The notes under the pieces: model-generated
Seen by the model: only the letters and a program-made list of their open reading frames with translations
Database searches by the model: none
What the model was told of the DNA's origin: nothing
DNA from: Eledone cirrhosa
Lineage: Eukaryota
Direction: 5' to 3'
Length of the DNA stretch: 64,000 nucleotides
Assembly: GCA_964016885.1 (NCBI GenBank)
Contig: OZ024745.1
Span: 76,012,001-76,076,000 of the forward strand
Part shown: one piece after another, positions 26,146 through 39,715 of the stretch
Position numbering within the stretch: the stretch's first letter is position 1
How the letters are laid out: each line of letters opens with the position of its first letter
Position numbers and translations under genes: made by a program

Positions 26146-28813
26146 AACATACATATAAGACTAGATAAATTTGTCCAACTAATATGTACACTTGTCTTGG
26201 CAAGCAACCACATGGGTTGCTAAGTAGGGAAGGATGTATGTATATATGTATGTACAAACATATGTATATTTCTTGGGGTAAACACAGTTGTGTGTTGAGA
26301 GTGCTGTTGTAGCCCATCTCCGAATGCAGGAGTTGATGTCTCATCAGGTAGTGAAACAACTATGTCACCAGAGCTACTTGGGGCCACCCATCAATCAATG
26401 TGGAAAAAATCCTGCACAACAGCATATAAGCATACTTATGTACACTTACTTTGAGAAGCAACCACATGGGTTGCTAAATAGGCATATGTTCACAGGACTT
26501 TCATAAACATAGAAGTGTTTGCTTGAGACACATCAACTCACTCACATAATTGTGTTAACGTCAGAAGATGTCACACTGGTGCTAGTTGCTGTTGTAATGA
26601 TTGCATAACAGCTCTACACTGGTGTCACTAAAATACGTATAATCCAATAAATATTATTATGTAACATTTGTCTTATTGTTTATTTCATATATATATAAAT
26701 AAATAAAGTTAGACAATACAAACAATATCTGATCTTCAACCATCCACTCTGAGCACGTATGGCCAAGGATATCACAAATATCAAAGGGAATTCAAGTTTT
26801 TGGTATTTAGGATGGTAACTATTAATGCTTAGAATATACCCCAACCACTGAGAAAATTATCACAGAGGGTGTTCAGAATTATTGATTTTAATCAAGTACA
26901 AATCAAGTGTTGGAGCCTATAAGGAAATCCACGGTTATTGTCAATTTCATTCTGGCAACTCCTACTATGTCACTAATATCAAGATGTATTGGTCCTTGCC
27001 ATTTCTCAGACAACATTGGATGTGTGGAGAGGAGAGACCCACTACATGGCCAACTGCTGATCTTCCATTCAACCTTGACCAGGTCTGAAAAGTATACTCC
27101 AGTGTCTTCTCACTGTGCTCTTCCAACACAGACTGAAACAATACTTTCTAGGTGCAGATGCATGGTTTCACAAGACATCTACATTGATATATACAAAAAT
27201 ACCTTGACCATTGTGTCTTTGCATATATATGTGGTTGGTAGCTTACCATCAAAATTTGAATACTGCATTTATGAATTCAATTTACAGTATGTACACCATT
27301 TTAAAGCAGTCCAAAGAAAATGGAAGGATGAAAATGAAACTGGGAGAAACTAAAAAAAAAAAATTCTGTATGGTTTGACAGGTTTAAAGATAACTTAGAA
27401 TCTATAACATTACTGTTGTCAGAGAAATGCAAGTGCAAATGATAGGGCAGCAACCAAATATCCTGTTCAATTAAAAAAAAAAAATGCTGAAACTGATGGT
27501 TGTTTAGAATTCCTGAAGATAGCACATGAAAACTAATGCTTATAATCATTATACTTTTATGTCCACTCTTCCATGATGAGTCTTTTCCAGCACAGCTTCC
27601 CTTCACCTATTCTTTGTCATTTCCTTTTTAGAAGCAGGGCTACTGACCTCTCAAGATTGGCTGAGAGGTCTGTGTCAAGCTTATATATGAGGAGAAGATG
27701 CCGTATTTTTTTACACAAACTGAAGGGTCCTGCTAAGCCTTGTTTGGCAAGCTTTCTATAGCTGGATGCCCTTCTTGAAACTGATAGTTATATTGATAAA
27801 CAAGTTTTAGTTCTTGACAAACCAGTATTGGTTTGGAAATGAATGCTTAATAAAAATTACTTGGCAAAGAGAAAATAATTGCAACCTGAAATTACAGGAC
27901 CATAGCCAAATCACTAAGCTTTGTTTATATATGGAAATGTCCAGAATAGATCACAAGAATGTCAGAAAATTTCTTGAATCACATAATGTTAACTTCAGTA
28001 ATAAAAACTTAGAGCAGCAGTGTGCATATTTTGAAGCTGGTTGCCAAGACAGAAACATGAATAAAATACATCTTCATTTAGAGAACTCAATTCTATATTT
28101 ATAATTTCTGAAGATAGCACAAGAAAACGAATGCTTATAATCATCATCCTTTTATACCCACTGTTCAATGAGTTGGATAAGTCTTTTCCAGCACAGCTTC
28201 CCTCATCTATTCTTATCCTTTGTCATTTCCTCTGCCAGATTTAGCATTTTGCTTTTACCACCTCTGCTACGGTCTTTCTTGGCCATCTTCTACTGCAGCT
28301 TTTTTCCACTCGGAACTACTAGCACTTCTTTATCCAACATATGTATCACATATCCATACCAGCACAGTCTTCTTTTATACCCAGTTTTTCTCTCAGACTA
28401 CCCATTCATGCATATTAACATCAAACATCCAAATGTAAAGAGAACTATTATTTGGGAAGGACAAGGTGATAATGCACTCAACTGGTATGGTGTCATGCTC
28501 AAAGAGAAGAAAGAACAATTTAAAGAAACATCCCTTAACCGTTTAGCATTTAAACCGGCCGTATCCGGCTAGATTTCTCTCACCTTTTCTATTCAAACAG
28601 CTGTAACTGGCTGCTCATACTGATGTTAAGGTATTGTTCTCAAAATAAATAATATCGAAATCTCAGATTCCATATTATGTGAGATAATTATGTGTGATAA
28701 AGCCTTTACCATGAAAATACAATAATAAATATAAAGTAATGTGAATGCTAAGGGTTAAATTGTATTTACAAAAATAATAAAATGTAGTTTACTTGAAGCA
28801 TTGTATATAATAT

Positions 28814-28938
28814 ATAATGTGGAAAGTGATATATGGCTAAGCAATGCAGAATGGATGGTAAGATGATGGTAATTTTTGTTACCTTCATCTTACCACCCCT
28901 TTTACATTGTTTAGCCTTATATCAGTTTCCACATTATA
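28814..28938. repeat. Imperfect ~58-bp-arm palindrome
   Basis: TATAATGTGGAAAGTGATATA...GGTAA / TTACC...TATATCAGTTTCCACATTATA. Confidence 0.75.
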
Positions 28939-29819
28939 TCTAAAAAATAATAAAAACACTGATTTTTTTTTGTTTTTGCATATGCTGATGCAAATCTATA
29001 AATTTCTCCAAACATGAAACTATGTCTAATTTTTCATTCTTTACTTTATTTATATCAAACTTCATGTGTTTTATCCGCAGGCTATTCTGAAAAATGAGAA
29101 ATATTTTCTTTCAAATGTTAGGCACCATTCGGCAATGATATTTATATATTTGAATACTGTAGTTTGAAATACTGTGAGGTTCAAACAAAATTTGTTGTAA
29201 TCAGATTAAACCTGTATATGTACACACACATGCATGCACATACACACACACACTCCATCATCATCATCACCATTTAATGTTTACTTTCCCTGCTTGCAAA
29301 GGTTGGACAGGTTTATATAGACCAAGTCAGTACTGAAGTGGGGCTACTTACCTCTCAAGATAGGCTGAAGGATCTGTACCCTACTTATGTATGGTCATAT
29401 CGAGTACAGAGGAGAAGATGTGTCTTTTGACACTAACTGAAGAGTACTCATAAGCTTTGTTTAGATGCCCTTCCTAACACCAACCACTTTATAGCATGTA
29501 CTGGGTGCTTTTATTGTATAGATCACCAGCACTAGGGAGGTTGTTGCATCTTTGTCACAACTAAAGGGTCCTCTCAATCCCTTTAGGCATAGTTTCTACA
29601 GTAGGGTGCTCTTCCTGTCATCAACCACACACACACACACACATATATGTATATATATATATATCCTCATTATCACCATTATCATAATTTAACATCCACA
29701 TTCCTTGTTAGCAAAGGCTTGATGGATGCTAGCAGGGACAGAAGACGTTAAATGATGATTATGATGATGATATATATGTAGCAAAATATATATAGGAAAA
29801 ATAATTATAAAAATATGAT

Positions 29820-30630
29820 AAAGATGCACCTAATATATTTTATGTATACATGTAAATTCAAGGGACTCAACAAAATGAAATTAGTTCATATAAGATAGAT
29901 TATGGTTCTTTTTCTTTTTTAATATAGGTGCACATGGCTTAGTGGTTAGAGCATTGGCCTTGCAATCGAAAGGTTGTGAGTTCAATTCTCAGACTGGGTG
30001 ATGTGTTGTTTCCTTGAGCAAGACACTTCATTTCACATTGCTCCAGTTTACTCAGCTGTAGAAATGAGATGATAGGGACTGGGGTCCCTATCATTCCACT
30101 GCAAAATGGTCGTTGAGGTGCCACGGTAAAAAAGCACCCACACTCACTGTAAATGAGGTTGGTGTAGGAAGGGCATCCAGCTGTAGAAATCAAGCCAGCA
30201 TCAGTTTCCGTCTCACCCTTGCAAGCAGGGAAAAAGCGGACGTAAAATGAAATGATGATGATGTGTTTGCAGAAATAGTCATGATTATCCATTTAGTTTT
30301 TGTACTAACCTGTTTTGCTATGAGTGGCTTTTCAAACTTTCATTTTAGTTTGTGCTGGTATTGATTATATTTTATGTATGTTGCTGTATGTTATATCTTT
30401 AAAGCAACACATATAAAATTCATGCAACTCCAGCACAAACTAAAATGAAACTTTGAAAAGCTACTCATAGTAAAACCAGTTAGTACAATAACTAATTAGA
30501 TAATCATGGTTATTTCTGCGAACCCACCTATATTAAAAAAAAAAAAAAATTTATTTTGTATAAACTAATTTCTTTTCATTGCATACTGTCAATTTGCATG
30601 TATTTATAAAAACATTAGGTGTATTTTCAA
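29820..30630. repeat. Old fold-back element (~230-bp arms) whose left arm is split by a SINE
   Basis: 30263-30385 pairs with 30404-30525 and 29820-29930 pairs with 30525-30630. Confidence 0.7.
29927..30263 (+). mobile_element. SINE family 1 (tRNA head, CORE-like body, RTE-derived tail)
   Basis: A box TGGCTTAGTGG, B box GAGTTCAATTCT, CCTTGAGCAAGACACTT core. Tail matches the 3' end of RTE-B, then (GAT)n. Confidence 0.9.
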
Positions 30631-30692
30631 ATCTTTATTAATATGATTCATACAGAATTCTTTAATTTTCTAATGATTTGATTACTTCACTA

Positions 30693-30767
<75 letters not shown>

Positions 30768-31017
30768 TTAGTTCACCATACCTTTATATATATATATAAT
30801 AGGATTGAAGAAAGTAGAAGGAAAGACAAAGTGAGGAGAGACAAGGAGTGAGAGAGTGAGACAGTTAATTATGAAATGACAACTAGTAGGCAAAACTGAT
30901 ATCAAAATATATTCATAGCATTATATACAAATTATGATTTCAACAAAGATTGTCAATTTCTAAGCCTTGTAACTGCATGTTTATATCTGAGTACATAGTT
31001 GAATGTGAATAAATCTT

Positions 31018-31057
<40 letters not shown>

Positions 31058-31292
31058 TTAGATATATACAGATTAGAGCAAACATCACAGACGCTCTATC
31101 TCAAAATTATTTTTGAAAAGCATTAGAAATGCGCAACCAGTAAAACTTAAAACCAAAACTGAATACTAACCAATACTATTACTAATTCTCACTTATTCCT
31201 AATTAAACTATTTTTCACTGTGAACAATTTGTCAGCATTTTCTTTTCCGTTTACCAATATATCATAACTTGTGTGTTACACCTTTATTCTTT

Positions 31293-31341
<49 letters not shown>

Positions 31342-31399
31342 AAAATAAGAAAAACAGTAGAAAATGCTAACGGGATTTTCTCATAGAAAACATTTATAT

Positions 31400-32230
31400 A
31401 AAAAAAGCAATTCATCGTACCGGTTTCAGCCAAAAGTTGTTTCAGTTTCTTCATGGAAATATGATTAAAAGTGTAAAATAAAGTTAATGTGCATATTAAT
31501 AAGAAGAGCGTATAAGAGAATATAGTTTACATACATATAAAAGAGTTCACATTTTTGTTTATCTCTTTCTCTCTCTCCACCTTGGTGGTTTGGAATAGAA
31601 GTTCGTTTGTTCCCTGTTATTGTCTGACAATAAATGCATCCTAGGGTGCAAGCCTGTGTGTGTTTGTGCACCCATTAAATCACACTGGAAGAGAGTGTAG
31701 TGTCCCAAGTAGAGCAGTTCTCATACTAGGGCTGCTATACCTTAATATGCTTATGTACTTTTGGGCGTACATTATGTACTAGCTAATTCGCTGCTTGTTA
31801 TGCAGTCTCTCCGGGCCACTCAGTGGGCCTGTGCATACAGGGTGGGATGTTAAGTGTAAATCATGAGAGTTGGAGGGTTGCATAATTGAAATTGTGTTAT
31901 TGTAGGGGGACCAAAAGTTATGAGGTAGCATAGCTGGTAAGGTGGATAAAAGGAAATAGCTTATTCTTTGGCATGTATATATATATAGAGAGAAGTCCAT
32001 TTGATTTACAAGTGGTCCTGGTTTAGGTTATCCGATGTTAACCTTTTGTTGGCTTGCTTGAGTGGTCTAACCCCAGGAGAGGTTATATGAGTCATTATGG
32101 TTATGGAAGAAAGAATATATGTATTGTTAGTTAGAGGCTATGCTGGTTAGTAGAATTTAAATGTTCTTACGATTTTGTGGTTGAAGGAATTGGCTATTGC
32201 TCCTATGTATTTTATCTTCTGTAATTACCA
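31400..32230 (-). mobile_element. Very degenerate Penelope-like element 3' region
   Basis: Cys/Tyr motifs reminiscent of the GIY-YIG region, followed by a decayed hammerhead-like string (UGAAGA...GAAACCGGUA) at ~31415-31458. Confidence 0.35.
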
Positions 32231-32671
32231 TGACAATTTACTTTATTGTTATTATTGTTGTTATTATTATTATTGTAAAAAGTATGTTAAAATATGTTTC
32301 ATCTGTTAATTGGTTACAGCAGGGGCTGTTAAAAAGGATGTTTTTAAAAGATATATGGCAGTGCTTATAATTTTTTAACTTTATCATACGAAGATTTGAA
32401 AATGTTTAGAAGATAATTCGTTAGTTACAGATGTCCTGCAAGTGTAAAATAAGATTGAATTAATGCATTCAAAAATGTTTTTCACAGAGATATATATTCT
32501 TCAAAGCAAATTTACACATTTACCTATTATTTTTCTAATCAGGTTTTAAAGAAAACATTGTATTATAGGTTTGATGAATTTCAAATATTTTCACAGGCTG
32601 TCATTTCAAAGAGCCTTATTAACCCATACTCTAGCCCCATTTAAATGCCTGTAGAAATGTATAAATAAATA

Positions 32672-32836
32672 ATAATTGTTTCTACTTTTGACACAAGGCC
32701 AGCAATTATCCCAGTGCATTGCTGGTACTTTATTTTATCGAAACCTTGGCGGGATTGAACTCAGACTGCAAAGGGCCGTAACTCTATGCTGCAAAGTGTA
32801 GCGTCCAAACCTCTACCTCTACCGCCAATCCATCGC
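32672..32836 (-). mobile_element. SINE family 2 copy with an internal deletion
   Basis: Reverse complement of the family 2 head and tail. Confidence 0.8.
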
Positions 32837-32891
32837 TATACTATAAATATTTAATAATAATACTAATCCTTGGACTTATTGAATTTTGAAA

Positions 32892-32922
<31 letters not shown>

Positions 32923-32927
32923 TATAG

Positions 32928-32996
<69 letters not shown>

Positions 32997-33205
32997 TTAA
33001 AAGAATAGAGGTGTAACACACGAGTTATGATATATTGGTAAACGGAAAAGAAAATGCTGACAAATTGTTCCCAGTGAAAAATAGTTTAATTAGGAATAAG
33101 TAAAAATTAGTAATAGTATTGGTTAGTATTCAGTTTTGGTTTTAAGTTTTACCGGTTGCGCATTTATAATGCTTTTCAAAAATAATTTTGAGATAGAGCG
33201 CCCGT

Positions 33206-33298
<93 letters not shown>

Positions 33299-33310
33299 TG
33301 TATGTATATT

Positions 33311-33922
33311 TCAGGTCACCAGTTGTTGGTGCTACTGGTAACATGTATCCCAGTACAACCTGTCTCATGGTCGGGTCGTTGGTGACTAAACTGGAGACCC
33401 CACCAAAGTTTCTTGGTGAGAAGGGTGACTTTGGACATCCTGCAGGACTAAAAACAAAACCTGTCAAAGGGCAAAGGAGCTCTTAAGAGTCAATGGCCAT
33501 CCAAAATCACCGGGAGAGATGACTCCTTAGCCTTTGTCAAGGCAGAATTCTAGGAGAAGGAAAACGCTGATATAACACCTGCAACCCTGATGGTATCCAA
33601 TGATGTTGACTTGTTCTTCTTTTTGGTAAATATCATCTTGGTTAAGAGAGTGGGACTGGCTTTGTGCAGTGCCTTTGCTCACTATAAAAGCTTCACGGCA
33701 CAGGCATTGCTTTATATCTGGAGATCTCTCTGCACTTGTCGTCACATGGTACCATGGGCCCAGCACTATGTGTCAATAATTGTCACAAGTGTAGTGTTTG
33801 TACCAGAGTTTTCAAGTCGCTGGCTGGACTAAAAAGTCACACTCGTTCAGCGCATCGGTAGGGGTTCTCCTACATGGATATAAAGTAATGGCCGTACTCG
33901 AAAACGAGTTGGCAGCCACCAT
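33311..33922 (+). mobile_element. ~610-bp bipartite non-autonomous RTE derivative (5' UTR fused to 3' end), copy 1
   Basis: RTE 5'-UTR motif GGCCATCC...CTAGGAGAAGGAAAAC. 3' part encodes HKCSVCTRVFKSLAGLKSHTRSAHR* followed by a stem-loop. Confidence 0.8.
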
Positions 33923-33928
33923 GTATAT

Positions 33929-33959
<31 letters not shown>

Positions 33960-33968
33960 CATATATAT

Positions 33969-34566
33969 ATGGTGGCTACCAACTCGTTTTCGAGTACGGC
34001 CACTACTTTATATCCATGTAGGAGAACCGCTACCGATGCGCTGAACGAGTGTGACTTTTTAGTCCAGCCAGCGACTTGAAAACTCTGGTACAAACACTAC
34101 ACTTGTGACAATTATTGACATATAGTTCTGGGCCCATGGTACCATGTGATGACAAGTGCAGAGAGACCTCCAGATATAAAACAATGCCTGTGCCGTGAAG
34201 CTTTTATAGTGAACAAAGCCAGTCCCACTCTCTTAACCAAGATGATATTTACCAAAAAGAAGAACAAGTCAACATCATTGGATACCATCAGGGTTGCAGG
34301 TGTTATATCAAAGTTTTCCTTCTCCTAGAATTCTGCCTTGACAAAGGCTAAGGGGTCATCTCTCCCGGTGATTTTGGATGGCCATTGACTCTTAAGAGCT
34401 CCTTTGCCCTTTGACAGGTTTTGTTTTTAGTCCTGCAGGATGTCCAAAGTCACCCTCCTCACCAAGAAACCTTTTGTGGGGTTGCCAGTTTAGTCGCCAA
34501 CAACCCGACCATGAGACAGGTTGTACTGGGATACATGTTACCAGTAGCACCAACTGGTGACCTGAC
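33969..34566 (-). mobile_element. Bipartite RTE derivative, copy 2
   Basis: Reverse complement of copy 1 with small deletions. Confidence 0.8.
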
Positions 34567-34582
34567 ATACATACATACATAC

Positions 34583-35192
34583 ATGGTGGCTGCCAACTCG
34601 TTTTCGAGTACGGCCACTACTCTATATCCATGTAGGAGAACCCCTACCTATGCGCTGAATGAGTGTGACTTTTTAGTCCAGCCAGCGACTTGAAAACTCT
34701 GGTACAAACACTATACTTGTGACAATTATTGACACATAGTGCTGGGCCCATGGTACCATGTGACGACAAGTGCAGAGAGATCTCCCGATACAAAGCAATG
34801 CCTGTACCGTGAAGCTTTTATAGTGAGCAAAGGCTCTGCACAAAGCCAGTCCCACTCTCTTAACCAAGATGATATTTACCAAAAAGAAGAACAAGTCAAC
34901 ATCATTGGATACCATCAGAGTTGCAGGTGTTATATCAGTGTTTTCCTTCTCCTAGAAATCTGCCTTGACAAAGGCTAAGGGGTCAGCTCTCCCGGTGATT
35001 TTGGATGGCCATTGACTCTTAAGAGCTCCTTTGTCCTTTGACAGGTTTTGTTTTTAGTCCTGCAGGATGTCCAAAGTCACCCTCCTCACCAAGGAAACCT
35101 TGGTGGGGGTTGCCAGTTTAGTCGCGAACGACCCGACCAGGAGACAGGTTGTACTGGGATACATGTTACCAGTAGCACCAACTGGTGACCTG

Positions 35193-35194
<2 letters not shown>
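34583..35194 (-). mobile_element. Bipartite RTE derivative, copy 3
   Basis: Tandem with copy 2, separated by (ACAT)n. Confidence 0.8.
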
Positions 35195-35254
<60 letters not shown>

Positions 35255-35730
35255 CAAAATTCAATAAGTCCAAGGATTAGTATTATTATTATTTATTTAT
35301 AGTATAGCGGTGGATTGGCGGTAGATGTTTTTCGAGCAATTTCTAATGAAAGAAGATACTGCCGGTGATTTTAAGAAATTTTGAAAATAATTTGAAGGGA
35401 TTTATTTATATAACTAACTATTACATTATTAAATTGTTGTTGAAAACGAAATTCAACAAAGATTCTTACATAAAATTATGATGGAAGGGTTTTAGATAAT
35501 AAATTTAAACAGAAAGACATAGTTTTATATCATAGAACCAGAGACAGTTTCATGTGCAATAGTATCAAAAATATTAAACACTACCCAAGTTTCAATTCCT
35601 AAAGAATGCATCTTTCATTAATTTTACAAAATTATTTACAACCTTTGCACCGAATGATGGCAAGAAAAGATAGGTATATGTATAAAGTTGCGAAGATTTT
35701 ATTTGTTTTCTATTTCCACACTAATGCTAC

Positions 35731-35784
<54 letters not shown>

Positions 35785-35823
35785 TCATATATCATTTAAG
35801 AAACACAGTATTTTGTGCACATA

Positions 35824-36668
35824 CAGGGTGTGGATGATATTTGTTCGCATTTTCAACTGCTAATTTTATGCAAATTTTTTTTACTTCCGTTGTCATTCTT
35901 GTCTTCATAAAAACAGTGACTATATTTCCATTATTTATTTTCAGAATAATTGATTATGAATAATTTTGAACCTCCAAATTTGTGGAAGAGACAGAGTTCT
36001 TCTCGGCATCCGCGCCGGGAGGACAAATAAGGAATTTTCAAACTTTCTCAGCGTCAGCAGGAGAATGGTGGAAAAAGTCAGAAAGGAATTGGAAGATTCA
36101 GGATTCGACTACGAAGCAACATCAGAGAGGAAAACACATGATCGACGATCTGACACCTTCAGAATGCCCGAGTTCGTCGCTGAATTTCAGGATATCATCA
36201 ACAATGAACCTAGCAAGTCGATGCATGCCATTGCAAGGGAGAAAGGCATGGATGAAAAGCTCATTAGGCTGGTGGTACATGAAGACATTCGTTACATTTC
36301 ATACAAGATGAAGAAAGGACAATTTCTGTCAAATGCAATGCAAGAAAAACGACTGAAGCACCCAAAGAAGCTGATCAACAAGTTGAAACACCCACTGGAG
36401 CCAGACATGCTGTGGTTTTTCTCCGACGAGAAAAACTTCTGCCAAGACCAGAAGATCAACTCCCAGAACAACAGGTGGCTCGCTGTCTCATCCAAAGATG
36501 TGCCCAGAGTCATGCAGACAAAGCTTCCAGCGACAACATTGGTCTTAGGTGTCGTCAGCAGTCAAGGTGACGTCATGTCACCTCACCTCTTCCGTGAGGG
36601 CCTCAAGCTGAACACCGATGGCTACATCTGCCTTCTGAGCAAGGTAGTAAAGCCCTGGATCGACCAGT
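35824..36668 (+). mobile_element. Tc1/mariner (maT/DD37D-like) transposon, 5' half, truncated
   Basis: TA|CAGGGTG terminus. ATG at 35956 with an early frameshift, then an HTH region and WFFSDEKNF...NSQNNRW...VLGVVSSQG...VKPWI. Ends before the second catalytic Asp. Confidence 0.85.
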
Positions 36669-36677
36669 ATATAACAC

Positions 36678-36871
36678 AAATAATTGTTTCTACTTTTGGC
36701 ACAAGGCCAGCAATTACCCAGTACATTACTGCTACTTTATTTTATCGACCCCGTAAGGATGAAAGGCAAAGTTGACCTCGGCGGGATTTGAACTCAGATT
36801 GGAAAGGGCCGTAACTCTATGTGTCAAAGCATGATGTCAAAACCTCTACCTCTACTGCCAATCCACCACCC
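36678..36871 (-). mobile_element. SINE family 2 copy
   Basis: Full head, core and tail. TATATAACACAAATAAT occurs on both sides, a probable TSD. Confidence 0.85.
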
Positions 36872-36909
36872 TTATATAACACAAATAATGTTCAGGAAAA
36901 ATACATACT

Positions 36910-37720
36910 TTAAGTGTTTGACAGTGTACCCTGATCTATTATTTGGTGGTCCTTAATGAAATTAGGTGTAGAAGAATGGTTGGTGATATCAGTGCAAGCA
37001 ATGTACAGAGGAACTGTCAGCAAAGTGAGAGTAGGAAATGAGTTTAGTGAGGAATTCAAGGTACAAGTAGGAGTTCATCAAGATTCAGTTCTTAGCCCAC
37101 TACTATTCATTATAGTCCGCCAGGCTATAACAAAGGAGTTTAAGACTGGCTGTCCATGATCTCGTCCTTTTAGTCAAATCCATTAAAAACCTAGAAAATA
37201 AGTTCCGACTATGGAAACAAAATTTAGAATCAAAAGAACTAAGAGTAAACTTAACCAAAACTAAAGTGCTAGTGAGTAAGAGAGAAGATAGGACATTGAT
37301 TCCTTCAGGGAAGTGACCCTGTTCAATACCCGGAGTAGGCATAAATGAAGCTCTGTTGGGTGTGCAATGTAAGTGTCAGGGAGAGATGCAGAGCTTGGAC
37401 AAGTTGAAGGAGAAGCTGGGTCTAAAAGGATTCTGAGGTGGTGTGCAGGAGAGAAGACTGCATTGGTTTGGACATGTGATGTGCATGGACAATGATTGTT
37501 GGGTGAAAAAATGCCATAGAATGCCAGTGGAACGATGTCAAGATAGAGGTACCAAGAAAGACCTGGGCAGAGGTTGTGAGAGCTGATCTCAAATCACTGA
37601 TACTCACAGAGGCGATGCAAAATGATCACGGCATGTGGAGAGAGACTATGCTGAAAAAGACCCGTCCAGCCCATGCAAGCATGGAAAAGTGGACATAAAA
37701 ATGATGATGATGATAATGAT
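36910..37720 (+). mobile_element. Degenerate RTE (family B-like) 3' fragment
   Basis: LGVEEWLV..VQAMY..GVHQ.SVLSPLLF, then the C-terminus and a (GAT)n tail. Confidence 0.85.
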
Positions 37721-37827
37721 ATATATAATATATATATATATGTAGGAGGTGAGTTTTATTGTAGTACAATAAAGCAATGCAGATATCGGATAAGTAGCAC
37801 TCTACAGTTTGTAGGACTGGAGTATAA

Positions 37828-38119
37828 ATAATATAAGATCAAAAGATGGTTAAAAGAGTTCCATGTATTTTATTATGCGCATTTCAAAAACAAATATCAT
37901 CATGAGATGACATTTGCGTTTTCCCAATATCACACATCAATCTTAAATTACTTTTCATATGTTGATTTAAAACTGCACTATTCACAAGTGTTTTTTCATA
38001 TCATGTCTCTCTATTTTATCTGACGAAAACGCAAATGTCATCTCATGATGATATTTGTTTTTGTAATGTGCATAATAAAATACATGGAACTCTTTTAACC
38101 ATCTTTTGATCTTATATTA
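37828..38119. repeat. Fold-back with ~95-bp arms ending in (TA)n
   Basis: 37828-37922 pairs with 38025-38119. A related copy lies at 61441-61570. Confidence 0.8.
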
Positions 38120-38687
38120 TATATATATATATATATATATCACATGAAAATAATAGGTAAATGTGTAAATTTGATTTGAAGAATATATATCTCTGTGAAA
38201 AACATTTTTTAATGCATTAATTCAATCTGATATTATACTCTGCTCTGTAAGAGCATCGAGTGCTCAAACAGCCTACTGCTTACGGACGCTTTAAGCATCC
38301 CACACCAATTATATATATATATATTGACAGTCAATCGACTTTCGTCAAATCGGACTGGGGAAACAATGTTTCCATTGGTCTTTCCAATTGCTAATACTAT
38401 CTATTGGTCGCAACACCAGATAGAAGAAGCAACGTGAAATAAAGTGACTATATATATTTGACAATAGCTTTGACAATATATAAACAACCAATCCGGTTAT
38501 GAAACCAGCTAACCAGCCAGCCGGAAATTTATAATAAATTGAAGTGAAAACCAACATGTTTTTATTGGCAGCATGATTCTCCGAAAGTATAACAATATAT
38601 ATATATATATATATATATTATGAAGAGAGAAGAAACATTTAGATATAATTAGTAATAAAATGTATCATACCTAAACTGCTCCTAGAT

Positions 38688-38777
38688 TCCTCGACTACGT
38701 AGTTTCGTGGCATAAACAAAAACAATACATCATAAAGATATAGAGTCCTTGCGAGGTCTGCCGACTTATCAAGAGGA
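38688..38777 (-). ncRNA. Type-I hammerhead ribozyme with a U3-A8 core variant and GUC cleavage triplet
   Basis: UCCUC-UUGAUAA-[GU(C)GGCA...UGCCAC]-GAAAC-UACGUA-GUC^GAGGA. Confidence 0.75.
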
Positions 38778-39715
38778 TACCTCATTTTACTAGTCTCAAG
38801 AACACGTCTACACGACGTGAGAAAGAATCCCAAAAGGCGGAGGGGGAGATAGTCACGCGATATAACGGTCGAGAAACAGAGCTAAGCCTCTCATAACCCC
38901 GAAGAAAATACCACGGAGGCGGAGGGGGTATTTATATCGAAGCCGTAGAAGAGGTGGTGAAGGAGGCGAGAAGTATGAGTAATGGAAGCTTTCCAGCAGT
39001 CCCCACACCTCAAAGATTGCTCGACCAGAGGGAGTTATTAACAATATATTTAGAAACACACAGATACATGCGGACACACACATATACATGAATGCATCCG
39101 CACCCAACCGTGAGTTAAGGGTGCCAACTTCACCGATGTTGCTCAATGAATGACTGGGACAGACCAATCCGGTTGAACTAGACTGAACCAGTATCAGAGT
39201 TAAAAATACATTATGAAGAGAGAAGAAACATTTAGATATAATTAGTAATAAAATGTATCAAATGTTTCTTCTCTCTTCATAATGTATTTTTAACTCTGAT
39301 ACTGGTTCAGTCTAGTTCAACCGGATTGGTCTGTCCCAGTCATTCATTGAGCAACATCGGTGAAGTTGGCACCCTTAACTCACGGTTGGGTGCGGATGCA
39401 TTCATGTATATGTGTGTGTCCGCATGTATCTGTGTGTTTCTAAATATATTGTTAATAACTCCCTCTGGTCGAGCAATCTTTGAGGTGTGGGGACTGCTGG
39501 AAAGCTTCCATTACTCATACTTCTCGCCCCCTTCACCACCTCTTCTACGGCTTCGATATAAATACCCCCTCCGCCTCCGTGGTATTTTCTTCGGGGTTAT
39601 AAGAGGCTTAGCTCTGTTTCTCGACCGTTATATCGCGTGACTATCTCCCCCTCCGCCTTTTGGGATTCTTTCTCACGTCGTGTAGACGTGTTCTTGAGAC
39701 TAGTAAAATGAGGTA

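Larger units (their letters stand above)
31094..33200. repeat. ~205-bp inverted repeat pair (31094-31297 / 32995-33200), each arm embedded in (TA)n
   Basis: Direct reverse-complement match of the two arms. Confidence 0.85.

Noticed and set aside
29927-30000. tRNA genes at the SINE heads
   Set aside because: A and B boxes are present but there is no complete cloverleaf, and each continues into a SINE body.
33311-33460. HDV-like ribozyme at the 5' end of the bipartite RTE element
   Set aside because: Some RTE 5' ends carry HDV-like ribozymes, but I could not build a consistent P1/P1.1/P2/P3 nested pseudoknot across the three copies by eye.
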